DNA from: Salinivirgaceae bacterium
GTDB lineage: Bacteria > Bacteroidota > Bacteroidia > Bacteroidales > SZUA-534
DNA length: 64,000 nucleotides
Direction of reading: 5' to 3'
Assembly (NCBI GenBank): GCA_017551905.1
Contig: JAFZKK010000146.1
Coordinates: 7,343-71,342 of the forward strand
Shown: piece by piece, positions 46,256 to 55,522 of the stretch
How positions within the stretch are numbered: the stretch's first letter is position 1
Layout of the letters: each line of letters begins with the position of its first letter
Notes under the pieces: model-generated
What the model saw: the letters and a program-made list of their open reading frames with translations, nothing else
Databases searched by the model: none
Told to the model about the DNA's origin: nothing
Translations under genes and position numbers: made by a program

Positions 46256-48859
46256 ATGAAGAAAATTATTCTCAATGTGCTTCTTATGGGCGCCCTTGCG
46301 GCCAATGCCCAGGATTTGCAACTTAACGACCGCGAATATTTTGAGCGGCAAGGTGTCAACGTGCTGGTTTTCAGCAACAGTTTTAACGGTGGATTCAACG
46401 ACGAGAAGAACTCCGGAATCGAGATTATTCATCATGGTGTGCGGACGGTTCAAGGTGGGGCTGTCCGTTTGAACAAAACGCCCGAACAGTGGGATTTGGT
46501 GCCGAAGATGACCGCCCGCAAGGTTGACCGCGCCAATGGCTCCATCGAAGTGGCGATGCGCTACGATGATTACGATTTCGACAGCCGCGTGGTGGTGACA
46601 GCCAAAGGCAAGGCCGTTGAGATTGCCGTCTGGTTCGACAAACCCGTTCCCGAGGCGCTGACCGACGCAGGGTTCAATCTTGAGTTCCTGCCGTCGCAGT
46701 ATTGGCTGAAAACGTTCGTCATGGATGGACGGCTCAACCGCTTCCCGCGATATGCCACCAGCCAGACCGTTACGCGCCCCAACAGTGAGAAACCGCGCCA
46801 GTTCAAAGGTTTCAAGACCTACGACGATCGCGGCACCGACCGTTTTGTTGACCCGAAACCGCTTGAGACAGGGCACAAAATCATTATGGCCACCGACGAC
46901 CCCGAGCGTATGATAACCGTTAGTTGCGACGATGCAGAACTTGAGCTATACGACGGTCGCATGATTGCGCAGAACGGCTGGTTTGTGTTGCACAGCGCAC
47001 TGCCGAAAAACAAGACAGGAAAGGTGTTGACATGGACTGTAGAGCCAAACGCTATTGAAGGTTGGATTCGTCAGCCGAACATCGGTTTCTCGCAAGTCGG
47101 CTACATTCCCGACCAACCGAAAGTGGCTGTCATTGAACTTGATAAGGCCGACAAACCGCAAGCATCGGCATTGCTCATGCGCATCAACAACGACGGCACA
47201 ACCACAGAGGCTTTCCGTGGCGACATCAAGCCGTGGGGCGACTATTTCAAGTACAATTATGTGAAATTCGATTTCTCGACTATCACCGAGCCGGGCGTGT
47301 ACTATATTAAATATGGCGACATCCGCACCAACGACTTCCTGATTGACAGTCACGTTTACGACCGCATTACCGATGCCACAACCGATGTGTGGGTGCCAAT
47401 CCACATGAACCACATGTACGTGACCGAGGGTTACCGCACATGGCACGGCGAGCCGTTCCGCGAGGGTTACCTGCAGGCACCGCCTAGCGACCACTTCGAC
47501 CTTCACAGCCAGGGTGCCACAACCGATACTAAATACAAACCGCTTGAGTTGATTCCGGGCTTGAACGTTGGCGGATTCTTCGATGCGGGCGATTTCGACA
47601 TCGAGACGCACTCCAACATCAATGTGGTGCAGAATTTCATCCGCACGTGGGAACTTTTCAAGCCGCAGCGTGATGAGGCGTTCATCAGCCAGGAGCAACG
47701 CTACGTTGAACTTCACCGCCCCGACGGCACGCCCGATGTGTTGCAGTTTATTGAGCATGGCGTGCTGAATCTTGTGGCGCAGGCCGAGCAGATTGGCCAC
47801 ATGGCATCGACGCTATCTAATTCAGTGCTTGACAATTATCATCATTTAGGCGATGCAGCCAGCATTACCGACGGTTTGCATTACGACCCGTCGCTGAAGC
47901 CTTACGAGGTGTCAGCCGACGGCAAGAGCAGCGGCACGCCCGACGATATGTGGGCGTTTACAACGCGCAATCCGCAACTCGATTTTCAGGCTGCAACCAT
48001 GTTCGCCGCCGCAAGCCGTGCTCTGAAGGGTTACAACGACGACCTTGCCGAGCGTGCTCTCACTCAATCGAAACGATTGATGCAGGAGGCCACCGAACTG
48101 ATGAGTCAGCGCCGTGGTCCGCGTGCCGATGCGCAGGCTCAAGCCGATGCCGACTGGCTGACTGGTGCCGGCGATGGCAACACCAACCAAAACACCAACC
48201 GACGCCGTCAGAACAATTTCCGCAACCGCAGTGACCTTGGCACTAATCTGCAACTCTATGCCGCCACTGGCGAGAAGCAGTACCGCGACAAATTTGAGCA
48301 GCAGATTTGGCCGGCTCTCGATTTTGGAGTTACCTACACCATTCAGACGGCTCTCGACGCTGTTCCCTATATGGATGAGGATTACAAAAACAAGTTGCGC
48401 CCATACGTGGAGAAGTACGCCGCCTACATCGACACTCTTGCCAACGACAATCCTTACGGAGTGCCAATCGGACTTGGCAACTGGGCTGGCGGCAATGCCG
48501 TTCTCAACTTTGGCACAACGGTTTGCTTTGCCCACCGCTACTTCCCCGACATTGTTAAGCGCGATGTTGTGTTCCGCACCGCCAATTGGCTCTACGGCTG
48601 CCATCCGTACCACAACTACTCGTTTGTGGCTGTTGTTGGCGCCACCCGCCCCAAAGCGGTCTTCTATGGCAACAACCGCGCCGACTTCTCGGCCATTCCG
48701 GGCAATGTGGCTCCCGGCTTGCTATTCCGCCGCCCCGACCACTTCGAAAATTTCGATGACTGGCCGTTCCTTTGGGGACAGAACGAGGGCACCATTGCCG
48801 GAAACACGCAGTACATCATTTTCGGCTCGGCGCTGAAAGATATTGTAGGAGTGAAATAA
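46256..48859 (+). CDS. glycoside hydrolase family 9-like protein with N-terminal Ig-like region, secreted
   Basis: 867 aa. Signal peptide MKKIILNVLLMGALAANAQ. DAGD motif (NVGGFFDAGDFDIE) and a C-terminal WGQNEGTIAGN resembling the GH9 catalytic Glu block. The family call is made from motifs only. Confidence 0.55.
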   Translation: MKKIILNVLLMGALAANAQDLQLNDREYFERQGVNVLVFSNSFNGGFNDEKNSGIEIIHHGVRTVQGGAVRLNKTPEQWDLVPKMTARKVDRANGSIEVAMRYDDYDFDSRVVVTAKGKAVEIAVWFDKPVPEALTDAGFNLEFLPSQYWLKTFVMDGRLNRFPRYATSQTVTRPNSEKPRQFKGFKTYDDRGTDRFVDPKPLETGHKIIMATDDPERMITVSCDDAELELYDGRMIAQNGWFVLHSALPKNKTGKVLTWTVEPNAIEGWIRQPNIGFSQVGYIPDQPKVAVIELDKADKPQASALLMRINNDGTTTEAFRGDIKPWGDYFKYNYVKFDFSTITEPGVYYIKYGDIRTNDFLIDSHVYDRITDATTDVWVPIHMNHMYVTEGYRTWHGEPFREGYLQAPPSDHFDLHSQGATTDTKYKPLELIPGLNVGGFFDAGDFDIETHSNINVVQNFIRTWELFKPQRDEAFISQEQRYVELHRPDGTPDVLQFIEHGVLNLVAQAEQIGHMASTLSNSVLDNYHHLGDAASITDGLHYDPSLKPYEVSADGKSSGTPDDMWAFTTRNPQLDFQAATMFAAASRALKGYNDDLAERALTQSKRLMQEATELMSQRRGPRADAQAQADADWLTGAGDGNTNQNTNRRRQNNFRNRSDLGTNLQLYAATGEKQYRDKFEQQIWPALDFGVTYTIQTALDAVPYMDEDYKNKLRPYVEKYAAYIDTLANDNPYGVPIGLGNWAGGNAVLNFGTTVCFAHRYFPDIVKRDVVFRTANWLYGCHPYHNYSFVAVVGATRPKAVFYGNNRADFSAIPGNVAPGLLFRRPDHFENFDDWPFLWGQNEGTIAGNTQYIIFGSALKDIVGVK

Positions 48860-49005
48860 CGGATAGTATCAATATAGCATAAAACTTTTCCCTGTCAGAT
48901 TGTGAGAATTTGATGGGGAATAGTTTTTTATAATCCAAATTGTTTTTTCGTCCTAAGAATTTCAATCAGAAACAAAACTCTGATATCCAATTTGGTAACG
49001 GACGG

Positions 49006-49776
49006 TTATTGTCCGTCGTTTTCGGAATTATCGTCGGAGTCGTTGGCTAAAAACGGCTCTATTATGTCCACGTTGGTTTCGGTGATGATTGGAAGCCCTT
49101 TATACCGTAAAAACAACTGGCAGATAGTTACCACATCGTTGATGCAGTATTCGCTGATGCTGTCGATATTTCCGTCTTCCCAATACGCCTTGCCAACCAT
49201 GCTGCCATTCATGTTCTCTTTAGGCGACGGCAGATTGAATATGTTGGCCAAAAGGTCGAGCGAGGTGTAGTGCTTATAATCGCCGAAACGCCATAGCTCC
49301 ATGGTGTCGAGATTGTTGGTTTCCCATGGCTTTTTGCCGCTGCAATCAAGAATCTTGGGTATTGGCAGACCGTTTATCAACAGTCGGCGGCAGATGTACG
49401 GGAAGTCGAACTCTTTGCCGTTGTGGGCGCAAAGCATGTATTTGTCTTTGTTGTAGTGTTTGTTGAGCATGGCCGCGAATGCCGAAAGCAGCATCTTCTC
49501 GTTGCTGCCGCAGAACGATTTCACGCGGAAATGCCGCTCGCCGTCTTCGGTTGTGATGAATCCGGCCGAGATGCAGACAATCTTGCCGAATTCGGCCCAG
49601 ATTCCGGCTTTTTCATATAGCTCTTCAGGTGTTTTATTCTCTTTTTCCATTGACCAACTCATTTTCTTTGCCCACAAATCTTTTGCGCGCTCGTTAAGTT
49701 GGTCGTACGACGGCGATTGCCCTACCGTCTCGATGTCGATGAACAGGATGTTTTCCTCTTTGATTTTGTCTAACAT
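49006..49776 (-). CDS. 3'-5' exonuclease, PolB-exonuclease-like (RNase H fold, COG3298 type)
   Basis: The ORF-track start is TTG. The first ATG, 49776, gives MLDKIKEENILFIDIETV (ExoI DxE). Also HNGKEFDFPY (ExoII) and YCINDV (ExoIII). Confidence 0.75.
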   Translation of the reverse strand: MLDKIKEENILFIDIETVGQSPSYDQLNERAKDLWAKKMSWSMEKENKTPEELYEKAGIWAEFGKIVCISAGFITTEDGERHFRVKSFCGSNEKMLLSAFAAMLNKHYNKDKYMLCAHNGKEFDFPYICRRLLINGLPIPKILDCSGKKPWETNNLDTMELWRFGDYKHYTSLDLLANIFNLPSPKENMNGSMVGKAYWEDGNIDSISEYCINDVVTICQLFLRYKGLPIITETNVDIIEPFLANDSDDNSENDGQ

Positions 49777-49867
49777 TCTTGATGTCAAATTATTCGGCAA
49801 TATAATGCTTTTTGCAATAGACAGATGTAATTTGTTGCGGACAATTTGTCGTGGCGATTATTTTGCC

Positions 49868-49875
49868 TATTTTTG
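49868..49875 (+). promoter_or_regulatory. -7 promoter box (TAttTTTG) for ssrA
   Basis: Exact TAnnTTTG match 13 nt upstream of the mature tmRNA 5' end. Confidence 0.55.
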
Positions 49876-49887
49876 CGTGTTCATTTT

Positions 49888-50279
49888 GGGGTTGATTGGA
49901 TTTGACAGCAAGATGAAATGGTGGGTAAGCACGTCGGGAGCAGTGAAACCGGCCCGTAAATCCCGGACACAAAACTATAACTGGCGAAAATTCTTACGCT
50001 CTTGCCGCCTAATCGAAGTATAGTAGATTGGCCTAATCCCGGCTCAAGGAGCTGGGACAAGACGCATCGCGGAAGCCCTTGTCTTGAGGCTCGCCGATTC
50101 TGATGTGCAGCAATTCGGGACTGGCTCGCATTAGCCTCGTAATGCGGGCGAGATTTAGAGGATAAGGCGTTGGTAGGTGGCTTTGGTCCGGCCGGCGCAC
50201 GAAAACCAAGTCGAAGCTAAGCGTGTAGAAAGCTCATGGTTTCCTTGTTTGGACCCGGGTTCGAACCCCGGCAACTCCA
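49888..50279 (+). ncRNA. ssrA: transfer-messenger RNA (tmRNA)
   Basis: The 5' GGGGTTG pairs with the 3' CAACTCC, including the G3-U70 alanine identity pair. T-arm GGGTTCGAACCCC. Tag reading frame ggc gaa aat tct tac gct ctt gcc gcc taa (49983-50012) encodes GENSYALAA. CCA is not encoded. Confidence 0.93.
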
Positions 50280-50291
50280 CTTCAGCAATAT

Positions 50292-50317
50292 AGTCCGGGC
50301 GCAAATCCGGATTATTT
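50292..50317 (+). terminator. weak hairpin plus T-rich tract after ssrA
   Basis: agtccgg-gcgcaaat-ccggatt followed by ATTTTGT. Short stem, so the call is modest. Confidence 0.35.
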
Positions 50318-50415
50318 TGTATTCGGCAAAATAATTTCAGATGCCCTTGCTATTTCACATTCAATAAATCAACAATTGAATTATATTCGCACGCTTTTTA
50401 AAAATAAATACAGTT

Positions 50416-51411
50416 ATGAATTTCAAAAATTTAATGTTGGCTGGTGTGGTTGCGGCAGCATTTGCATCATGCAGTAAGCCGTACAAGGCACAAACAGTAA
50501 TCGCAAACGATAAAGACTCCATTAGCTATCTTATGGGTATAATGGACGGTGACAATCTTGACCGTACTTTCAAACGCATGGGTTTGGATACCGTTTTGAA
50601 TGTTGGCGCTTATTTTGAGGCAATGTACAACGTCAGCAATGGTAAGTCGTTGAAAATAAACGAGCCAGACTCTATCGCCGATTTCAAAATACAGAATTTC
50701 ATTAACGAGTGGACCGATGTGATTCGTATGCTTCATATCGACACCACAGGCCGTTTCAAAGCACCGGTTTATCCTAAGTCAAAAATCGATTCTATCAGCT
50801 ATCTGTTGGGTGTGAGCGATGGCCGCAGCATCTCGGAGAGTTTCGACAAGGCCGGTTTCGACACTCTTGGTCTTAAATTCGCTTTCTACTATCAGGGTTT
50901 GAGAGAGCGTGTTATGGAAGGCGATTCAAATTGCCGTATCGATGTTAAAGAATACGGTTCAATGGTTCGCGATTATTTCCTTGAGGTTCAGGACAAGCAA
51001 CTGATGGATAGATACGGAGCCGTTAAGCGCGCCGGCGAGGAGTTCCTTGCCAAGAATAAAGCCAACAACGAGGTGGTTACAACAGCCAGCGGCCTTCAAT
51101 ATATTGTTTTGAAAGAAGGCAAGGGCGCAAAACCGAAAATCTCTGACCGTGTCAAAGTGAACTATGTGGGCACATTGCTCGATGGCACTGAGTTCGACAA
51201 GAGCGCCGACCATGGTGACAAGCCGGCAGAGTTTTATGTAGGTCAGGTTATTGCTGGCTGGACAGAGGCTTTGCAACTGATGCCTGTTGGTTCAAAGTGG
51301 AAGCTGTTCATTCCGCAGGAGCTTGCTTACGGCAAACGCGGAGGCGGCGAGGTGATACCACCATTCAGCATGCTTATCTTTGAAGTAGAATTGGTTGATA
51401 TTGTAAAATAG
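50416..51411 (+). CDS. FKBP-type peptidyl-prolyl cis-trans isomerase lipoprotein
   Basis: Lipobox AAAFASC. Duplicated FKBP_N-like helical region and a C-terminal FKBP domain (VNYVGTLLDGTEFDKS...FEVELVDI). Confidence 0.88.
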   Translation: MNFKNLMLAGVVAAAFASCSKPYKAQTVIANDKDSISYLMGIMDGDNLDRTFKRMGLDTVLNVGAYFEAMYNVSNGKSLKINEPDSIADFKIQNFINEWTDVIRMLHIDTTGRFKAPVYPKSKIDSISYLLGVSDGRSISESFDKAGFDTLGLKFAFYYQGLRERVMEGDSNCRIDVKEYGSMVRDYFLEVQDKQLMDRYGAVKRAGEEFLAKNKANNEVVTTASGLQYIVLKEGKGAKPKISDRVKVNYVGTLLDGTEFDKSADHGDKPAEFYVGQVIAGWTEALQLMPVGSKWKLFIPQELAYGKRGGGEVIPPFSMLIFEVELVDIVK

Positions 51412-51422
51412 AAACTCACAAA

Positions 51423-51460
51423 AAAGGACATCAGGCTTGCTACTGTTGTCCTTTTTTATT
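51423..51460 (+). terminator. rho-independent terminator after the FKBP gene
   Basis: aaaggacatcag-gcttgcta-ctgttgtccttt (one mismatch) followed by TTTTATTTTT. Confidence 0.6.
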
Positions 51461-51471
51461 TTTCTGATAAG

Positions 51472-52269
51472 ATGAATTTCGACGGAAAGACATTCTGGAT
51501 AACCGGCGCGTCGTCGGGGATTGGCGAGGGTGTGGCTTACGAATTGGCCAAACACCACACAAAGCTGATTCTGTCGGGACGGAACACCGAGGCGCTTGCC
51601 CGTGTGGCCGACCGCTGCCAGACTTTGGGAGCCGCCACTCGCATCGAGGCTTTCGACCTGACCGATTATGCCAAGATGCAGGCGTCGGTTGACAGCGTGT
51701 TTGCCGATGGTGTGAAAGTCGACGGCTTGATGAACTTTGGTGGTATCAGCCAACGCTCGCTTGCCGCTGAGACGCCCGTCGAAATCGACCGCAAGGTGAT
51801 GGAAATTAACTTTTTCGGCACCATTGCAATCACAAAGGCCTTGTTGCCGCACTTTATAGCTAACGGCGGCGGACTGATTGTGGTAACATCAAGTGTTGTA
51901 GGCAAATACGGCATCACATTCCGTTCGGCCTACTCGGCGTCGAAGCACGCGCTGCACGGATTTTTCGAGAGTCTGCGTGCCGAAACCGCTGACAAGAACA
52001 TCCAAATTACCATTCTTGAACCGGGGCGCATCGCCACAAACGTGTCGTTGAACGCCATTACCAAAACGGGTGAGAAATACGGCATTATGGACAAAGGACA
52101 GGCGGCAGGAATGTCGGTAGAACAGTCGGCGCGGATAATTCTGCGGGCCGTCCGTCGTGGCAAGAAAGAGGTGCTCTATGGCGGCAAAGCCACGTTGTTG
52201 GTTCACATCCGCAAATGGCTGCCGGGGTTGTTCTATTTCCTGGCATCGAGAGTGGATTCAACTAAATGA
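51472..52269 (+). CDS. SDR-family oxidoreductase
   Basis: TGASSGIGEG cofactor motif and the YSASKHAL catalytic YxxxK. Confidence 0.9.
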   Translation: MNFDGKTFWITGASSGIGEGVAYELAKHHTKLILSGRNTEALARVADRCQTLGAATRIEAFDLTDYAKMQASVDSVFADGVKVDGLMNFGGISQRSLAAETPVEIDRKVMEINFFGTIAITKALLPHFIANGGGLIVVTSSVVGKYGITFRSAYSASKHALHGFFESLRAETADKNIQITILEPGRIATNVSLNAITKTGEKYGIMDKGQAAGMSVEQSARIILRAVRRGKKEVLYGGKATLLVHIRKWLPGLFYFLASRVDSTK

Positions 52270-52367
52270 TGATAAGGGAAAAAGGCATAAGGCAAAAGTC
52301 ATAAGTAGGGACGTCATATTATGGCGTCTGAATCAAAAATCATAAATCACAAATCAAAATTATAGAT

Positions 52368-53435
52368 ATGTCTCATCAAATCAATGGAATACAGCAAATG
52401 GGCGTCGGAGTGCCCGATGTGATAAAAGGCTGGGAGTGGTACAATAAGAATTTCGGCATGGATGTCAAGATTTTCGATGAGGAGGCCGTTGCAAAACTGA
52501 TGTTGCCTCACACCGGAGGGCAGACACGCGCGCGTCGCGCCATTTATGCGCTGAATATGCAGGGCGGAGGTGGTTTTGAAATCTGGCAGCATACTGGCAA
52601 AACTCCCGAGATGCCTAAGTTCGACATTCAGATTGGTGACCTCGGCATCTGCATCGCCAAAATGAAAAGCGCCGATATCCATTTGACATACAATACTTTC
52701 AGCGAGCGCAACCTTAACCTTCTGACATCGGTTGAAAAAGACCCTGCCGGCAACGAGCATTTCTATATGAAAGACCTGTTCGGCAACTTGTGGGAGTTTG
52801 TGCAGGAGGCGTCGGTGTTTACTAAAACCAGAGCCGTCAACGGTGGAGTTTTTGGAGGCGTGATTGGTGTGAAGAATGTTGAGGACAGCATGGTTGTCTA
52901 TCGCGATATTCTGGGTTACGACAAGGTGGTTTACGACAAGGAAGACGTGTTCAGCGACTGGGGCGGCGTTCCGGGCGGCAACAACCGCTACCGCCGTGTT
53001 CTTCTTGCCCGCACCGACACACCGCACGGAGCGTTCTCGCCAATCTTCGGCACATCGCAGATTGAGCTTGTGCAAGTGCTTGACCGTGAGCCGAAAAGCA
53101 TATTCGAAGGCCGCATTTGGGGCGACCCGGGCTACATTCAGATTTGCTACGATATTGCCGGAACCGACGAGTTGCGCGAGTTTGTGAAATCGAAAGGATT
53201 CCCGTTCACTGTCGACAGTACTCAAGCCGCCGACACCTTCGATATGGGCGAGGCTGCCGGCAATTTCGCCTACATTCAGGCTCCAGAGGGCACGTTGCTC
53301 GAATTTGTCGAGACGCACAAGGTGCCAATCGCTAAAAAGTTCGGCATTGTCATCGACTTGAAAAAGCGCGGAATGGACAAACCGTTGCCAAAATGGTTGC
53401 TGAAATTGTTCGCCGTAAAACGTGTGAAAATGTAA
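52368..53435 (+). CDS. VOC-family (glyoxalase/bleomycin-resistance/dioxygenase fold) protein, multi-module
   Basis: 355 aa with repeated beta-alpha-beta-beta-beta-like modules (GVGVPDV..GWEWY...FGMDV; ...DLFGNLWEFV; ...APEGTLLEFVE). The near-full-length antisense ORF was judged spurious. Confidence 0.7.
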   Translation: MSHQINGIQQMGVGVPDVIKGWEWYNKNFGMDVKIFDEEAVAKLMLPHTGGQTRARRAIYALNMQGGGGFEIWQHTGKTPEMPKFDIQIGDLGICIAKMKSADIHLTYNTFSERNLNLLTSVEKDPAGNEHFYMKDLFGNLWEFVQEASVFTKTRAVNGGVFGGVIGVKNVEDSMVVYRDILGYDKVVYDKEDVFSDWGGVPGGNNRYRRVLLARTDTPHGAFSPIFGTSQIELVQVLDREPKSIFEGRIWGDPGYIQICYDIAGTDELREFVKSKGFPFTVDSTQAADTFDMGEAAGNFAYIQAPEGTLLEFVETHKVPIAKKFGIVIDLKKRGMDKPLPKWLLKLFAVKRVKM

Positions 53436-53468
53436 AAAATGCAGGTTTGAAAATTCGCTCAATTAATT

Positions 53469-53476
53469 TAAATTTG
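53469..53476 (+). promoter_or_regulatory. -7 promoter box (TAaaTTTG) for efp
   Basis: Exact TAnnTTTG match 40 nt upstream of ATG 53516. Confidence 0.5.
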
Positions 53477-53515
53477 CAGCCTAATTTTTAAGAATAATCA
53501 CATTTATAAACAGTT

Positions 53516-54079
53516 ATGGCAGATACTTCAGATTTACGTAATGGACTGTGCATCGAACTCGATGGCAAACTCTACACAGTTGTGAATTTCCTTCACGTTA
53601 AACCAGGCAAAGGCCCCGCTTTCGTCCGCACCAAGCTCAAAAACCTTGAGAACGGCAAAACTATCGATTACATCTTCCACGGCGACAACAAGATTAAGAC
53701 TGTACGCATCGAACGCCGTCAGTATCAGTATCTTTATCGCGATGGCGACAGTTTCGTGTTCATGAACACCGAGACTTACGACCAGGTTAATATCGAAGGT
53801 GAGCTTATTGAGAACAACGACCTTATGAAGGAAGGCCAGATAGTCGACATCACTTTCCATGCCGAGACCGAAAAGCCGCTGCAGGCTGAGATGCCGCCGT
53901 ACGTTGAGCTTGAGGTAACTTACACCGAGCCGGGCGTTAAGGGCGATACCGCAACCAACGCAATGAAACCCGCAACCGTTGAAACCGGCGCCACAGTTAT
54001 GGTTCCGTTGTTTATCAACGCTGGCGAGCGCATCAAGGTCGATACTCGCGACCGCAGCTATGGTGAGCGCATTAAATAA
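53516..54079 (+). CDS. efp: elongation factor P
   Basis: 187 aa. ...DLRNG..IE.DG..Y.V..F.HVKPGKG.AFVRTKLKN...G. Confidence 0.96.
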   Translation: MADTSDLRNGLCIELDGKLYTVVNFLHVKPGKGPAFVRTKLKNLENGKTIDYIFHGDNKIKTVRIERRQYQYLYRDGDSFVFMNTETYDQVNIEGELIENNDLMKEGQIVDITFHAETEKPLQAEMPPYVELEVTYTEPGVKGDTATNAMKPATVETGATVMVPLFINAGERIKVDTRDRSYGERIK

Positions 54080-54103
54080 TTGGTAACAAACCGAATAAAC
54101 ATA

Positions 54104-54133
54104 AAACACCGGCCATCACCGGTGTTTTTTTTG
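54104..54133 (+). terminator. rho-independent terminator after efp
   Basis: acaccgg-ccatca-ccggtgt followed by T8. Confidence 0.75.
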
Positions 54134-54259
54134 TTTGCTTATTTTGAGGTGATGAACCAAATTTTAGTCGATTTAGTGCGTAAAAACTCGTAACTGTTTA
54201 AAAAACTGAAACTATAATCGGCGAATTGCTATATTAGCAACTTGATAAACACTATTATC

Positions 54260-55492
54260 ATGGAAGGGAAAGCATCGCTTAGCCGTCTGCAATTGAGCAA
54301 CTTCAAGTTAAATGTGCTTTTGCAGGTTACGCTGGCCATAAACGAGAACACGCCGGTTGACCAGTTGCTGGAAAAATTCCGCACCATTCTGTGCGACGAC
54401 CTGAATATAGGCAAAGTACTGATGTTCAGCTACAATCAGAAGTGGCGCCGCATATTGATGTCGGGTGTCGACAGGGCAGTGGCCGACGGCATCCGTGTTG
54501 AGAACGACTTGCAGTATTACAAACAGATAACCAACCTGACGGCGTCGCTGAACCCGAATCTGGCGCAGTTCGACACAATAATTCCGGTTTATCACCACGA
54601 GCGCCCAATTGCATACGTCATCATTGGCGATATTGAGGAGGAAAGCCTCGGTATGAGCCCGACAATCAAGCATTTATATTTCATTCAGACGCTTGCCAAC
54701 ATCATTATGGTGGCTATCGAAAACCGCAATCTGTTTAACGAAAACGTGCGTCAGGAAGGTATAAAAAAGGAGCTTGAGCTGGCATCGCGGATGCAGACAA
54801 TGCTTATCCCGAACCCGGCCACACTGCCCAACAACGACCAGATGCACGTGTCGGCCTACTATCTTCCGCACTTCGATGTGGGAGGCGACTATTACGACTG
54901 GATTAAGCTGAACGACATCGAGTTTTGCTTCTGCATAGCCGATGTTTCGGGAAAAGGTATTTCGGCGGCTTTGCTGATGTCAAATTTTCAAGCCAATCTG
55001 CGCGCCTTGACGGGTGCCAAAATGTCAATATCAGAGATTGTCAACAAGCTGAACGCTAAGGTTATAGAGAATGTGAACGGCGAGAAGTTCATCACTCTGT
55101 TCATTGGTTTTTATAATACCGAAACACGCAAACTCACTTATATCAACGCGGGGCATAATCCGCCGATTTATTTCGACTCAGCTTCGGGCGAGGTGTCGCA
55201 GCTGACGCTTGGTTGCATGGGCATCGGCATGCTCGACGAGATTCCAAAAATCAATATTGGTGAGATTGCGGTTAGTCCCGGCAGCCGAATCATCTGTTTC
55301 ACCGACGGTACGGTTGAGATTGAAAATTCGGAGCGCAAGGCTTTTGGAACCGAGCCAATTGAACAGTTGATTAAGAAAGATGACGAAATTGACAAACTGA
55401 TTGACAAGCTGATAGATGCTCTTGAAAAGCACAAAGGGCCGGATGGCGACTTCTTCGACGACATCACCATTTTGGGTATCGAGTTTAAATAG
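54260..55492 (+). CDS. GAF-domain PP2C/SpoIIE-family protein phosphatase
   Basis: The ORF-track start is TTG; the first ATG is 54260. N-terminal GAF-like half. The C-terminal half has GGDYYDW, ADVSGKGISAAL and FTDG, the hallmarks of RsbU/SpoIIE-type PP2C. Confidence 0.82.
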   Translation: MEGKASLSRLQLSNFKLNVLLQVTLAINENTPVDQLLEKFRTILCDDLNIGKVLMFSYNQKWRRILMSGVDRAVADGIRVENDLQYYKQITNLTASLNPNLAQFDTIIPVYHHERPIAYVIIGDIEEESLGMSPTIKHLYFIQTLANIIMVAIENRNLFNENVRQEGIKKELELASRMQTMLIPNPATLPNNDQMHVSAYYLPHFDVGGDYYDWIKLNDIEFCFCIADVSGKGISAALLMSNFQANLRALTGAKMSISEIVNKLNAKVIENVNGEKFITLFIGFYNTETRKLTYINAGHNPPIYFDSASGEVSQLTLGCMGIGMLDEIPKINIGEIAVSPGSRIICFTDGTVEIENSERKAFGTEPIEQLIKKDDEIDKLIDKLIDALEKHKGPDGDFFDDITILGIEFK

Positions 55493-55522
55493 CCGCAGAT
55501 TTGAAAACGCAACAGATTGATA

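Noticed and set aside
46226-48613. Three long minus-strand ORFs (216, 284 and 233 aa) tiling the GH9-like gene
   Set aside because: They are fragmented and rich in Val/Ala/Gly/Arg/His as expected for the antisense of a GC-rich gene. The plus strand is one uninterrupted 867-aa frame with a signal peptide and DAGD motif.
49460-50023. 187-aa plus-strand ORF and 60-aa minus-strand ORF across the exonuclease/tmRNA region
   Set aside because: They overlap the exonuclease gene in antisense and run into the tmRNA gene. The tmRNA identification (acceptor pairing, T-arm, tag ORF) explains this DNA.
49888-50415. Genomic island or prophage integrated at the tmRNA or at tRNA-Lys (58501-58573)
   Set aside because: There is no integrase, no duplicated 3' end of either RNA gene downstream, and the flanking genes are ordinary housekeeping genes.
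52347-53462. 371-aa minus-strand ORF mirroring the whole VOC gene
   Set aside because: Both strands are open. The plus-strand product shows repeated VOC-fold modules, an ATG start and the A-rich leader. The minus-strand product has no recognisable motif or upstream signal.
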